DNA from: Batkoa obscura
Lineage: Eukaryota
Direction of reading: 5' to 3'
Length of the DNA stretch: 64,000 nt
Assembly (NCBI GenBank): GCA_030770535.1
Contig: JASVEC010000028.1
Coordinates: 310,001 to 374,000, forward strand
Position numbers and translations under genes: made by a program. Below, in pieces: positions 13,756-27,582 of this stretch; within the stretch, counting starts at the first letter, position 1, and every line of letters begins with the position of its first letter. The notes under the pieces were generated by a model. It saw only the letters and a program-made list of their open reading frames with translations, had not been told where the DNA came from and ran no database searches.

Positions 13756-14081
13756 TTTTTAAATTTTGATAGTTTTGGCAAAAAAATAAACTTGATTTTG
13801 GATGATGATTTTGAGTTTTTTGAAAAAATTGGGGTTGACAAAATTTACTCTAAAAAAGCTATAAACAAGGATTTAAAAATTTTATTTTTATCTTTACAAA
13901 ATCAAAAAGAGATTTAAACAAAACAAAAAGATTAAAGGTATACAAACATTATATTAATAACATTGACTTACAAATAATTTTATTTAATGATATAATAAAA
14001 ATTTCATGCTTCTTTATAAAAAAAAATATAATATTTTAATACAGCTCTTTTCTTTTTTTTCTTACATCCATATTTTATATA

Positions 14082-15660
14082 TTAAGCTAAAAGGGCACGC
14101 ATCCAAATCCTCGTTTTATATACTTTAAATAATTCACGTACTAATTCACGAAAATCGATTCTTTCTTCAGCTCGATAAAAGAAAGTCAACTTACGACGAT
14201 CCCTATTATAGCATTAATATCTATTACAACTATATTATATATATATATAAATTTACCATTGATATTCAGCATCAACAATTTCCATAGGCAAATTATGATG
14301 TCTTAATTTAACATGACACATTTGTAAAGCTTTAGCTTCATCTTGAGCTTTAGTAACTAATTGACTAACTTCAGCTGGATGGGCATGTCTTAAAATTCTT
14401 TTAGGTTCAAATTGTCTTGGTGTATCCGCCATTTTCATACGATGTTCCGCTTGAATTTGTTGAAGCTGCATCATATTCACTCGATCTTTAACAATTTTTC
14501 CTAAATCTTGACCACGATCTGCTTCAACTATAACTAAGTCTCCTACTTTATATGTAGCCATAGAATCTAATGGCATATAATAAGCATCCATACGATCATG
14601 TTTAAATTCAACTACAAAATAATTTTCTCCTTCTTTTGAATTTATATTACTATTCATATTATCTATCTTATATGTTTCCGTATATTCTGGTATATTTTCT
14701 TTAGGTAAAGCATACGTTTTTGAAATTGGATCATTGTGTTCAGATGGAGTAGGTGGAGATTGATGACGTATTGGAAAAGCAGAAGCAGCTACTGAATGAC
14801 GACGACCAGATAATGGGGCTGAATTTTCAATCCATAAATTATCTAATTGTTGACTAAGTTGATCTTCAAAATCTAAATCAATACCAAATTGAGGTGCTAA
14901 TGAAAAACGTCTAGATACTCGACTACTAGCTTGACTAGTAATTGAATCAGTTGAACCTAAAGATTGAGTAGCTAATGAAGATGAACTTAGTGAATCACTT
15001 CTCGAATAACTTAAATAGTTAGAATTACCAAAAGGAAGTGATAAGGAAGGATCCATATCATAATTATTATAACCATTTGATCTTAACCCATGTAAAGGAT
15101 TAGTATAACCCATTGTACGATTAGGTAATAAATCACTAGCTGGATTTAATGACATACGACGAGTTTGAAATGTAAACTTCTGATATGAATTAAAATCAAA
15201 TTGAGATTTCATTGAATTGTCATTTAATCCATTCCAGGAAGCAGCGTTACTTTTATCTTCTTGATTCCAAAAATCCGAATTCATTTTTGGTTGAATTGAT
15301 TTGCCATTCTGGATCCTACTTGTAGCTTCAGCCAACTGAGTTAAATTGAAAGAATCATCAGATAACTGAGGTAAAAATGAAACACTAGCAGCACGAGTAA
15401 GTTTAGGCATCATTTTTGGATTACTATTTTGTACTGGTAAGGAAATGCCTGGGGGTGCAGCTAATGAGGAACGACGTGATGATGAAGCTGATTTTATCCA
15501 TGAACTATCAAACCCTGCTTTAATTTCATCTTTCGGCTCTGATGGAATAGTAGCTGAAGTCTAAAGAAAAAGATAAGTAAACTTCAGATTTAGAGATAAA
15601 ATAATAAAAACTTACCGTTGGAGTAAATGGTTTAGAATGGGGGTTAAGTAAGGTAGCCAT
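14082..15660 (-). CDS. PSP1: PSP1 C-terminal domain protein, 3 exons (15660-15616, 15560-14257, 14202-14082)
   Basis: [61 protein letters not shown]. Confidence 0.9.
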
Positions 15661-16380
15661 TGTCACTAGTAATAAATAATAATTTTTTGTAAAAGGGAAT
15701 ATAAAGTATTAATTGGATATAATAAATAAGATCTAGAAAAAGGAATGAACTTCTAAGGATCTAATATAAAAAGATAAATAAAAAATGAATTTCTATTAAA
15801 ATTGTTAAAATTTTATAAAATCAAAGTTTATAAAAAATATCAATTTGAGAAGATAATTAAGTAAAAAATTACAAATAAAAATGTTCTTTTGTTAGCTTAA
15901 ATACTCTATTTTTTTTATATTAAATATAGATGATTGAAATTTAAGGAGTAATCCCCAACAAAATAGCTAATAAAAGCTTTAAAACTTATGTTACAGTTGA
16001 ATCATTAGATTCTAAATTACTATTTTAAGCTCATTTTACCTCCCCTAAAGCGTCATTACTCAATCTGCAATTTGCCTACTTTTGTCATTTTTTTTAGGAT
16101 AAGCCAATGATCGAATTCATATCTTAATCATTATAAATCAATCTACCAATGAAATTTATTCTGTTTTACATTTTTGCTAAAAGCTTTTGTTTATTTATTT
16201 TTTGTTCTCCATAACAATTTCGTATGCATAGTTCAGTTGGGTCCAATAAATCAATTGTATCCCCAAATTTTTATGTTTTTAATGCTTTAATAAAAAGTTA
16301 CCTGTTTATTATTTTAGATTTATTGGTAGAAGTTTTGTTCACTATTTTTCTTTAGAGAATTAAATAAGGGATGAAAAATG

Positions 16381-16411
<31 letters not shown>

Positions 16412-17034
16412 TAAAATAGAAAATACTGGTTAATTTAACAAATGATCCATTTCCTTATATTCACTAAATTGACTTCATTATTTTATTCAATATTAGTTGA
16501 ATCAAACTTTTTTAAATTATTATTAATTTAAACTATAAATAATGAATTAATATAATAATCCTTAATATATTAATAAAATAAAAGATAAAAGTTAATATTA
16601 ATGATAATAATAATCAATTAAAATTTATAAAACTAACTCTAAAAAAATAATTAACTCTTGGAGAAAGTGGGGTAAGTTAAAATCTAATACTTGATATGAA
16701 ACCGAAATTGACAAGTTTATTGCTAAAGTAAAATAAAATAAAATAAAATAAAATAGTAGTAATATTTTAAAAAAATACAATATTAACATATATATAATTA
16801 ATAGTAGGATTGTAATAAGTAAACAATGAAAATATAAAAGAGTTAGTAATTAATACCAAATGCTAAAATATGTATACCAGTATTTTTTTTGTTTAAATGT
16901 TTACTGTAATTTAATTTAATTTAGGTGATGTGAAAAATAACAAACAAATGCAACAAATGGTTATAATACAATAACAATTTCTAAATAAATTCCTATAAAA
17001 ACAATTACACCTATTATTCTCTAGTAACTATTTA

Positions 17035-17221
17035 TTAAACCACAGGATGTTTTAATACAGACATAACACCACCAACCAAATGTAAAGAACCTGTAACTAA
17101 AACTTGAGCTTTTAAACCATCAGTTTTATTTTGATATATCTCATTTATCTTTTGTTGAATTGTATCACATGCTAACTGTATAGTTGGAAATACTAAGGCT
17201 ATTGATGACTAAAATAAAAAC

Positions 17222-17267
<46 letters not shown>

Positions 17268-19118
17268 TATTTATTTATTATTTATTTATTATTTATTTAT
17301 TATTATTTATTTATTATTTATTATCTATTATTTATACTATACAATTTGATATAAAGTCAAACTTACCTTTTTATCTTTGTACTCGTCTTCCCAAATTTGT
17401 TTCAATTGATTTTGAATTTCTAATTTTTCATTATTTTCCAATGTATAATTAACACTATCCAACGCATGTACACTACCCACAATATTAGGACAAAGTATTA
17501 AGTTTGATACATTTACGTTCCTTTTCTTCACTTCCTGTAAAATTATATTAAATAATAATTTAGCATCTCGATCTTTAGCTCCATTAAATAAAATATAAGT
17601 TGGTAATTCTGGATCATAATTTTCCAAATACCATTTAATACTTAATTCAATACTATCCGTGGTATGTGCACCATCTAAATACCATTCGATTTCATAAGTG
17701 TCAATATAACGTTGACTACGTCCTGGCCAAGTAGTATTATTGAGTGAGGTGATGACTGATTCGGATATTTCATTTGTTTTGTTTTTATTTAAAAAACTTT
17801 GACAAAGTTCATAGGCTAATGAAGCATTTTCTAATTGATGTGAACCGGAAAGAGCTAATAAAATTGTTAATATAGATTTATAAATCAATCGTTTTATTAT
17901 TACCTAAATTTAATTTATTGAAATTATTATATTCTGTTAATGGTTTGACTATTTCTAAACTAACCTAATAAATTAAGATATTAATAATAAAATTATTGAT
18001 TATTAATCTTACTTTTTTTTCACTTGCTCTATCTATTAAAACTTTACCAGCTTCTTCACTCAATTGTTTCACTGTAAAAGCTGGACTTCCAGTCTAAAAT
18101 TAAGATAAAATAAACAAAATATTCAATCTCTTTCCTATAATCAATAATTAATTAAACTAAAAACTTACTTTCATAATTCCTGCTTTATGCCAAGCAATTT
18201 CTTGAATAGTATTACCTAATAAATTGGTATGATCTAAGCCAAGGTGAGAGATACCGGTTACTTTGGGATGTAATATTATATTAGTACTATCATATTCTCC
18301 ACCTATTCCAACTTCTAATATGGTGGCTTGAACCTAAAAGAAGGAGGAGAAGTTAGATTTAATATTTTTGATGACACATTATTATGATACTTACTTTTTC
18401 TTGAATAAAAGCATGAAAAGCTAATAAAGTTAAAAATCGAAAATAAGAAGGACCGGGTAAATAAGGGTTGATTTTGGATTTCTATGTAATATAAAAAACC
18501 ATTTAATTATTTAATTTAATGATATTATTAATAAAAAAGTTATTTCAAATATTACCTTTTTACCAATTAATCGATCATAACAATAATAAAAATAAGTACA
18601 AAATTTTTTTCTATCTAATGGAATGCCATTAATTCTAATTCTTTCTCGAACTTCTATCATATGAGGGGAAGTAAATAAGCCTATTAAAAAATTATTTCAT
18701 GTTATTATAGTAAACAAACAATCCATTGTTTACCTGTCTTTAAGTTACAATTCTTTAAAATATTTTGACAAAAAGCGGCAGTCGAACCCTTTCCTTTTGT
18801 TCCAGTTATATGAATTATGTTTAATTGATCTAATTCTTCTGCCTATTCAATAACAAAATTATCAACCCAACTTTTATATAGTTCCTTTTTTATAATAAAA
18901 ACAACTTACTTTATAACCTATTAAATTTAAATATTCATGCATTTCAGGTATGGAATTTTTAAATAAATTCCCTCGATTTTCATTGATTTCTTTTATAATA
19001 CTAGCATTACTTTGTAAATTATTTAAATCATTAACAGCGGTCTAAATGCAGTTTATAAATATTTAAAGTTGAGTTTCCATTGTTTGTTATTAAATTTTAC
19101 TTCATAACTTCTTTCCAT
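17035..19118 (-). CDS. MET7: Folylpolyglutamate synthase, multi-exon
   Basis: IIHITGTKGKGSTAAF, LFTSPHMIEVRERIRING, EVGIGGEYDSTN, IAWHKAGIMK, WPGRSQ, LDGAHT, VTGSLHLVG. Confidence 0.92.
17223..17330. repeat. (ATT)n/(ATTT)n microsatellite in an FPGS intron
   Basis: Directly visible tandem ATT and TTTA units. Confidence 0.9.
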
Positions 19119-19275
19119 TTTTTAATATCGAATCTTAAGTAAAAAAACAATTTTAACACAATTAATCTCGAAAAAATCGACTAAAAAAAGCCACGTAAGC
19201 CATATCATTGGTTATCTTAAAAAAAGTACAAAAAAAGACAATAAAAAACAATTATAAAAAACACTTAAATTATAT

Positions 19276-19896
19276 TTAATAAAAATCGGTATCCACAAAA
19301 TCCACAGAAAAACCTTGTTGAAATAATACTTCTTTCCTTTTCTTTTCAAGTTTGCGTAAATTTTCTTTTTCTTCAATTTCCATCTCTCTAACTTGTTCCA
19401 CTGGTAACTCATATAATTCTAAAGAATCTTCAATTTCGCCATCCTAGATTAAAAAAATTCATTAATACCTTTGTTTCTTTTTCATGCTTCTTTAATATTT
19501 TCTAAAATTTATAAGAACCTACAATTTCCCCCATCAACACTACATTTTCACCACGAACAACATAGATCCCTAATTCAACATCTCCATATCCTTCACCAGC
19601 ATAAACTCTTTCAACTGTGTTTTGTAGCACTAAGTTAGCTATCAATTAAAATAAATTTTTCTTTATTTATTAATTATTAATTAAATTCAATAATAAAAGT
19701 TACCATATTGATCATATGTTCTAAGATAACCTATCAACTTACGTCCATCTCGTAATATTACTAGGACTCGTTCTATAAAATTAGGAAAAAGTTAGGATAA
19801 TGAATTAGTTTAATGAATTGTAATTTTACTATCAACACTTTCACTTAATGAGGCTGAAGTTGTAAATAAAGATTGCTCTTTAATTAATTTATCCAT
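19276..19896 (-). CDS. LSM1: Sm-like protein Lsm1, 4 exons
   Basis: FTTSASLSESVD-RVLVILRDGRKLIGYLRTYDQY-ANLVLQNTVERVY...GIYVVRGENVVLMGEI; C-terminus QQGFSVDFVDTDFY*. Confidence 0.93.
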
Positions 19897-20231
19897 TTTT
19901 TCTTTTTTATTTAGAATATGTAGAAAAATATTATATATAAAAAAAGTTGACATTAACTTCATTGTTATTTGAAATAGTTCTTTCCTTTGATTCATTGATT
20001 GGTTCTTTTTTTAACTTGAAGTTTTTTTTAGCACTAATTCATTCTTTTTTTAGAAAAATTGCCAATCAAAAAGAATAATCTAATTTTTAGCTCCACCCAA
20101 AATAGTTGGTATCTAAATTTATCCAATCATAGCCTTGCGCTTGAAATTCAAGAATTTATTGGACCTAAAGTATCCAATTCTCAAGTTAACGTTTGTTATA
20201 CAATTAACTATCAACTAAGAAGGATTCGAAA

Positions 20232-21442
20232 ATGCAAGCACAACGACCTATACGTACATCTGGGATCCAATCAGCAGAAGGAGATAGTATGGGAAGTTAT
20301 GAGTCTTTAGAAGAAGAAACAGTTAGTTGGGTTCATTGGTATTGTTCTATGAGTGGAAATGAGTTTTATTGTGAAGTGCCTGAAGAATATATTGAAGATG
20401 ATTTCAATTTAACTGGATTACCTTCCTTAGTAAAAGATTATGATCGATGTATTGATACCATTTTAGATATTGAACAAGGTAAATTCAAAAGGAGATTCTT
20501 TTTTGAAAAAAAAATTAAAGGGTCTTTTTAAAAAAAATAGAGGAAATGGAATCAGATACCGATGAAGCTTTATTGGAAGAAAATGCCGAAAAATTATATG
20601 GTTTAATACATGCAAGATACATTATTACTAAACATGGATTATATACCATGGTAAGTACTTTATTAACCTATTATAACTTTTTTTTTAATAGAACTATTTT
20701 TAATTTATTATTATTATTTAGCATAATAAATACGCCAATGGAGCCTTCGGTGTTTGTCCAAGAGATTTATGTTATGGTGCACATGTATTACCAGTGGGTA
20801 TTTCGGATGTGATGAATGTTAGTACTGTCAAGTTATTTTGTCCTTCTTGTCTGGATTTATATAATCCGCCTTCTTCAAGGTATAGTTCAGTGGATGGTAA
20901 GTAATATGTTTTTAGTTATATATATAATGAATTCAATTAATATCGACTTAATTTTATTTGTTTCTATTTATTTAGGAGCCTTTTTTGGTACCACTTTTCC
21001 CCATTTATTTATGTTAACTTACCCTGATGTTATTCATTGTAGAGAACCAGAAGATGGTATTCAATTTATTTATCAAGAACGTATCTTTGGATTTAAAGTG
21101 AATGAAAATGCGGCTTCAGGAGGTAAAATGAAATGGTTAAGAAGATATATCCGTGGGGAAGATTTTAATTTACCACCAAATATTCCTAGAGATCGAGTTA
21201 TTTCTCATGAATTATTAAATCAGTTACAAAATGGGGAGATGGATGCGGAGGAGAATCTAGAGGAGAAGGATATCGGAGATGAAAGCAGTGTGTTGGGTCA
21301 AGATATTAAAAAAAGTAAACTTGAACAGATAAGGAATGTTGAAAATAATGGAGAGAACAATGGGGAGAATAATGGGGAGAATAATGGAGAGAATAATGGA
21401 GAGAATAGCCCAGAGAATGTTATCAACTCTATTCAAGGTTAG
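20232..21442 (+). CDS. CKB1: Casein kinase II regulatory (beta) subunit, 4 exons
   Basis: SWVHWYCSMSGNEFYCEVPEEYIEDDFNLTGL, AEKLYGLIHARYIIT, FGVCPRDLC, VKLFCPSC, DGAFFGTTFPHLF, RIFGFKV; C-terminal ENNG repeats. CKB1 versus CKB2 not certain. Confidence 0.9.
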
Positions 21443-21765
21443 GATTAAGTTTAATCGGAGAATTTACTAGATGCGTTTTAAGCTATTAAAATTTCGTTTT
21501 TTTATAGATTTTTGGAATTTATTTTTATCATTTATTTTCATTGATTATTGGCTCCATTTTTTAATTTGATGTGGTCATAATTGAAATTTAATATATTAAA
21601 AATTTAAATTAATGTTCTGATTTTTTTGATGTTATTTATAAAGAATTAAGATCCAAATTATGAATCAAATTGTAAAGTAAGTAAAATGAAAATCCGATTA
21701 AGAATAATAGGAAACTCAATTAATATCCCATTATATCTAGTTATTTTCAAACATTGTATGAAAAA

Positions 21766-24695
21766 ATGGCTACTATCAATACCATCTCTTCCGATCAACA
21801 AAGCCCAAATTTTGAACAATTTAAAACAGTAGGTAAAAAATGGATTCCACTTATCTATTATCGATTAACATTCAAACTATTCCATATTAAAAATTAGATT
21901 GGGTCTATGATTTAAACTTATCCCGACAACGTCGAAAACAACTTCAAAATTATTTTCAAAACGGTCATTTAAGTTCCCAAATAGTTTATTTTTATGAAGC
22001 AGCTCAATCTTGGATTGTGGTACTTTTAGTAGGTAAGTTGTTATAAAATTATTACTAAATACTAAATCTCAAATATTTAAAAAATAAAATGAATATAATA
22101 ATATATATAATTAAGAATAATGGAAAGATTTAATTATCAATCTCCATATATATTAATAGTTTACTTTAAAAACTAGGTGTCGCAATAGGTTCTTGTGCTG
22201 CCTTTATTGATGTTTCTGCTGGTTGGTTAGTCGACTTAAAATTAGGTTATTGTCAATCTCATTGGTATTTTAATCGTAAATTTTGTTGTTGGAAAAATGA
22301 AGATAATGGTATTTTACTTTAATTAACTAATTAATAATAATAATTAATAATAATAGTACTATCTATTCTATTCTATTATTTATGATTTAAATTAATTATT
22401 AATAATATATATTAGATGGAAACTGTTCTGATTGGCAACAATGGGGTTATCATGGAGCAGAAATTACTAGTTTGGGTGTATTGGTCAATTGGTTATTTTA
22501 TTTATGCATTAGTGTAAGTTGATTGTCTTTTTTTAATATCACTATTATAAAAAAAAAACAGAAAATTACATTGAAATATATTAAAAATCAATTTCAATTA
22601 TAGACTACTTTAGCTTTTTTAGCTACATATTTAGTTAAATCGTTAGCTCCTACTGCTTCTGGTTCGGGTATTCCTCAGATTAAAAGTATATTGGGTAAAT
22701 TATATTAACCATCAATCTATATTCAATTCAAATTTATTAATCTTCTGTTATTATTATTATTATTATTAGGTGGCTTTATATTACCTAATTTCTTAGGAAA
22801 ATCCACTTTATTAATTAAATTAATATCTTTGGTAAATTTATTATTAAATATTCTTATTTTATTGAAATAGAATATTAATTTTAATAAATTTTTAGATATT
22901 AGCTGTAAGTTCTGGCTTATCTCTAGGTAAAGAAGGTCCCTCCGTTCATTTAGCTTGTTGTATTGGTGATATGATATCAAAATGCTTTGCTAAATTTAAA
23001 AATAATCATGGTAATATAATAACAATAATAACAATAATAACATACTTAAATGACTATTTTAGCCAAAAATCGAGAAATATTATCAGCCTCTTCAGCAGCG
23101 GGAGTAGCAGTAGCTTTTGGATCACCAATTGGAGGTGTTTTATATTCATTAGAAGTAATTTTCAATTTATATATATTATTTATTTATCAAATTTAACAAA
23201 TTAATTAACAAATTAATAATAGGAATTAAGTACTCATTTCCCAATGAAAACATTATGGCGTAGTTTTTTTTCTGCTTTAGTAGCTACGGTTATATTACAC
23301 GCATTTAACCCTTTTCGCTCAGGTAAAATTGTGCTATTTCAAGTGGCTAATGATAAGGCTTGGAATGGGTTTGAAATATTATTTTTTAGTTTCATTGGTT
23401 TGTTTGGGGTAAGTTTTAAATTTTAAATAGAATAGAAATAATAGAAATAGTTATTATATTATTATATTCTTATATTATTGTTTTTATTCTTATTTATTTA
23501 TTTTCTATATTTTAGGGCATTTATGGAACTTTAGTGATTAAATTAAATTCATTTGTAATGAAGTTCAGGAAGAAATATTTAAAAAATTATAAAATATCAG
23601 AAGTAGTAATTTTATCTTTTTTGACTACTTGTATTTGTTATCCAAATATATTTTTAAGGTAAAAATATTTTTAACATTAATTTAATATTGTTTATTCTTT
23701 ATTTAGAATTGATATGTCCGAATCTATGTCCATTTTATTTAAAGAATGTCAAGAATTAAGGTTTCCTGCATTGTGTAGGTAAACTGAGCATTATATATAT
23801 GAAAATATATATATTATTAAATTTTATTAAATTTTTAGTGCCAACTCCGATATATCAATAATACTAACCTTATTAGCTGCATGTTTAATACGTACTTTAT
23901 TAGTAGCTATTACTTATGGTTGTGAAGTAAATTATTATTATTATTATTTTTTAATTAATTAATTCAATTTTTCAATAATAAATTAAGGTACCAACGGGTA
24001 TATTTATACCATCTATGGCTATTGGAGCCTGTTTTGGTAGAGCAGTGGGTGTTTTTGTTAAATATTTATCAATGTAAGTTATTGTTTATTTATTATTAAT
24101 ATAAAATAGTATTCAATATTTATTTAGTACTTTTCCAAATTGGTTGTTATTTTCTTCTTGTACTTCTGGATCTTCAGTAATTTTAATTATTAATTATTAT
24201 TATTTTATTTTATTGTTAAATATCATAGAAATGTATTAATCCAGGTACTTATGCTTTCCTTGGAGCTGCTGCTGCTTTATGGTAATAATAATAATAATAC
24301 AATATGACTATTTGTTTAATAATTAATAATAACTAATTAAATGGATATTAGTGGTGTAACTAAAATGACAGGTAAAATTTAAAAAATGTTAAAATAATAA
24401 TCAAAATAAAATATTAATTTTATTGCTTGAAATTAGTTACTGTTGTTGTAATTATGTTTGAATTAACGGGAGCATCTGAATTTATATTACCAACCATGAT
24501 TACAGTGTTTGTAACTAAAGCGGTGGGTGATGCATTTAATCATGGTGGTATTGCGGATCATGCTATTCAACTAAATCATTTTCCATTTTTAGAAGAAGAA
24601 GATGCGCATTTAGGTAATATTCCAGTGGCTCAAGTTATGTGTAAAAATTTAAAAGCTATACCAAAAAATGGTTGGAAATTATACCAATTAGGTAA

Positions 24696-24730
<35 letters not shown>

Positions 24731-25343
24731 ATTAATTTTATTTATTATAGAAAATTTAATAAAAAATGAAGAATTTACATATTATCCCATTGTTTATGGT
24801 ATAAGAGATTATCGTATTGAAGGTTTAATTGCAAGAAATGATATACTAAAAGTGTTAGGTAAATTTAATAATAATAATTTTTATTAATATTAATTATATT
24901 ATTATTATTATTATTACCATTATAGATCAAAATAAACAATTAAATCAATATAATCCAAATGCCCATTGTTTTTTTAGTCCATCTATTACACAGCCAATTG
25001 ATTTTGAAGAACCAAATATTCCTTCCATAGGCAATTCAACTTCATTAGATTTTGGGCCTTTAGTGGATCCAGTAAGTATTTTATTAACATTAGTATTAAT
25101 ATTTAATATTAAAAATCTATTTAGAATCCATTTTTAGTTCATCCTAAACTGTCTTTAGAAATTATTCGTACTTTTTTTCGTAAAGTGGGGTAATAGCTAG
25201 TTATTTATATTTTAATAATTTTTTATTTTTATTTTTTTAGACCTCATTTATTATTAATTGAATTAAATGGTAATTTAGTGGGATTAGTAACTAAAAAAGA
25301 TGTATTGAATTTTAAATTGATGTTGGAATCTAATTCATCTTAA
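21766..25343 (+). CDS. CLC-family chloride channel/transporter (Gef1/ClC-3-like), about 21 exons
   Basis: [55 protein letters not shown]-terminal CBS motifs ([13 protein letters not shown]). Confidence 0.93.
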
Positions 25344-26520
25344 TAAAAGAAGAAACTATTAATTAGCTGAGAGAGAAAGATTTAGATATATATTTATTAT
25401 TAAAATTAATATAATAATAAATATATTGATTGAGATTATTATTTTATTTTATAATATAATACAAACTTGTCTTTTTCTTTATGTTTATTTTTATCATATA
25501 TCCTTAAACCTTTTTATTTTAAATAAAATCTTAATTTGGATTATTTCCATACTCTAAATCAAATATTATATTCTTTTTTGATATAAAATTGAACTATTTA
25601 ATTAATAGAAATTGGAATGTTTACTTAAAAGTCCATCTTATCAAACGAAGTTGTTGATTAATATAAAAATGATTATAACCTTATACATTATTTCATTATT
25701 ATATAAAATATTGAAATTTAATAATAACTTATCTCAAGATTTATAATAAAATGAACCTCACTTTGATTACCTAATTTTATAAAAGGTTCAATAAAATCGA
25801 ATTAAATTCTCTCTCTACCTTCTATAAACATTTCACTGATAAATGATCTTCCTTAAGTTAATTTTGTTCAATAATTAACTTATCTATTGGAAACATGAGT
25901 AGAGTACTCGAAATTCTATTTATCAGTTCTATTAAAACAACTAAATCCTAATTTCATTAATTTGATCTCAAAGTTAGAATAAATAATAATATCTAAAATT
26001 CCATTCTTTAAAAACTTACAATTAATTATTAAAATGTTGGATATTTAAAGTGACAATGAGAAATGGATTTAAACTTAGAAATACAAATTATTGTTACAAT
26101 TGGACTGGATGGAGATTCAAATACCTTTTTATAATATCACTCAATGAAGCACTTAAATAATAAGATCAATAATCAGTCAAGTAAGGAAGTGAGATAAAAT
26201 GGAGAGATTATAAGATAAAGGACAAACTCTTATCTCAAGTGGTAGAATAAAGATGAACAATATTAATATTTCATTTTATCAAATACTTAAAGAGTATTGT
26301 CTTACAAAAAAGAATGAAATGTAGGACTGACTAACTAACTTAATTTTATATTCATTCTATAAACCATTATTTAAAATCCAATCAGATCCATTTAAAAACT
26401 AAAACAAATCAATTAAAAGAATTCCAAACCAAGTTATAATATATTTATTTATTTAATAATATATATTATACATACCATCATTTAATAAGAAAAAAGTAGA
26501 TTACTACCTTTCAATATTAC

Positions 26521-27150
26521 TTAATGAGAAGGAAGTTTATTGACACCTTTCATAAAATCCACAAAAGGTTTTGAAGATTTTCTATCATTGGAATCAATGA
26601 CAGCGGAAGCAGAACCACGATAAAAAGGGATTGAATCTGGAGTAATATTAAGGCCAGTGAGCATATCTTTAGTAGTTAATTCGGCCAAATCAATTTGATC
26701 TTTATCTTCTGTTAAATCAACTTTGTTTAAAAATACAATCATATTTTTAGTATCTTTTAATTTAGCACTCACGGCTTTTAATTGTTCTTTTGTATTTTCA
26801 CCAGAACATTCCACTGCATCTACTACTAATATAGCTCCATCAATACTTTCTTGAGTATTTTGAATAAAATCCATAAATTCACTATGAGTAGGGAAATCAT
26901 ATAACATTAAATTTAATTTATCACTTTCAATATCTACTTTAGAAAAATTCACTTGAATTTTATCACCATCGGATGTCTTTATCTTCTGGGCATCAGTATC
27001 TTCAATTTCATCTAATGGGGTAACTTTATTCACACTTTTAACTGCTAATATTTTGGATAATGCAGCAGTAAATGTTGTCTTTCCATGAGCTTCTTCTCCA
27101 AGTACTAATAACTTTAAGGATTTTTTCTTTTGACTATTAGCAATAGGCAT
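26521..27150 (-). CDS. EF-Tu-like protein, G domain only, 209 aa, intronless
   Basis: LGEEAHGKTTFTAALSKIL, DFPTH, DGAILVV, IVFLNKVD and IPFYRGSA are collinear with EF-Tu domain I; stop codon at the end of domain I. Confidence 0.8.
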   Translation of the reverse strand: MPIANSQKKKSLKLLVLGEEAHGKTTFTAALSKILAVKSVNKVTPLDEIEDTDAQKIKTSDGDKIQVNFSKVDIESDKLNLMLYDFPTHSEFMDFIQNTQESIDGAILVVDAVECSGENTKEQLKAVSAKLKDTKNMIVFLNKVDLTEDKDQIDLAELTTKDMLTGLNITPDSIPFYRGSASAVIDSNDRKSSKPFVDFMKGVNKLPSH

Positions 27151-27486
27151 ATTTTGTTTGGTTTTTTAAATAATAAAAGTTAATAATTTACTCTGTTTAT
27201 TTTCTTTTTTTCTTACTTGTAACTCTTTGTTCTTTTCTGTTTATATACTTTTTTTTGAACTTATGTTTTTTTATTCAATTGTCAACGTAATAAAGCAGTC
27301 ACATTCTTGAGTATTCAAGTTATTGAAATGAACATTATTGGTTAAGTTTCCCCATGGTTTTAGATTTCTTGTTTCAGAAATATCAAGCCATTAAGGTCAT
27401 TCGATGCTTATGATTTGAATAGTTATATCATTTTAATAAAAATAGAAGGATATTATTAGTATGAATAGATTCTATCAGAAAATAAT

Positions 27487-27582
27487 GGGGATGTATTTTT
27501 TTGTTTAAGAATTTTACTAATAATTTTTCTACTAAAACAACGCTTAAAAAGTGGAAAAAGTGATGAAATCAAAAAAACATTC
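27487..27582 (+). mobile_element. ~100-bp MITE (GGGGATGT family)
   Basis: GGGGATGTATTTTTTTGTTTAAGAATTTTACTAA...GGAAAAAGTGATGAAATCAAAAAAACATTC. Confidence 0.85.

Noticed and set aside
21343..21410. 12-bp tandem repeat
   Set aside because: Coding ENNG low-complexity repeat in the CK2-beta tail
26521..27150. Canonical mitochondrial TUF1
   Set aside because: Half the expected length, altered G1/G3 motifs, no domains II/III
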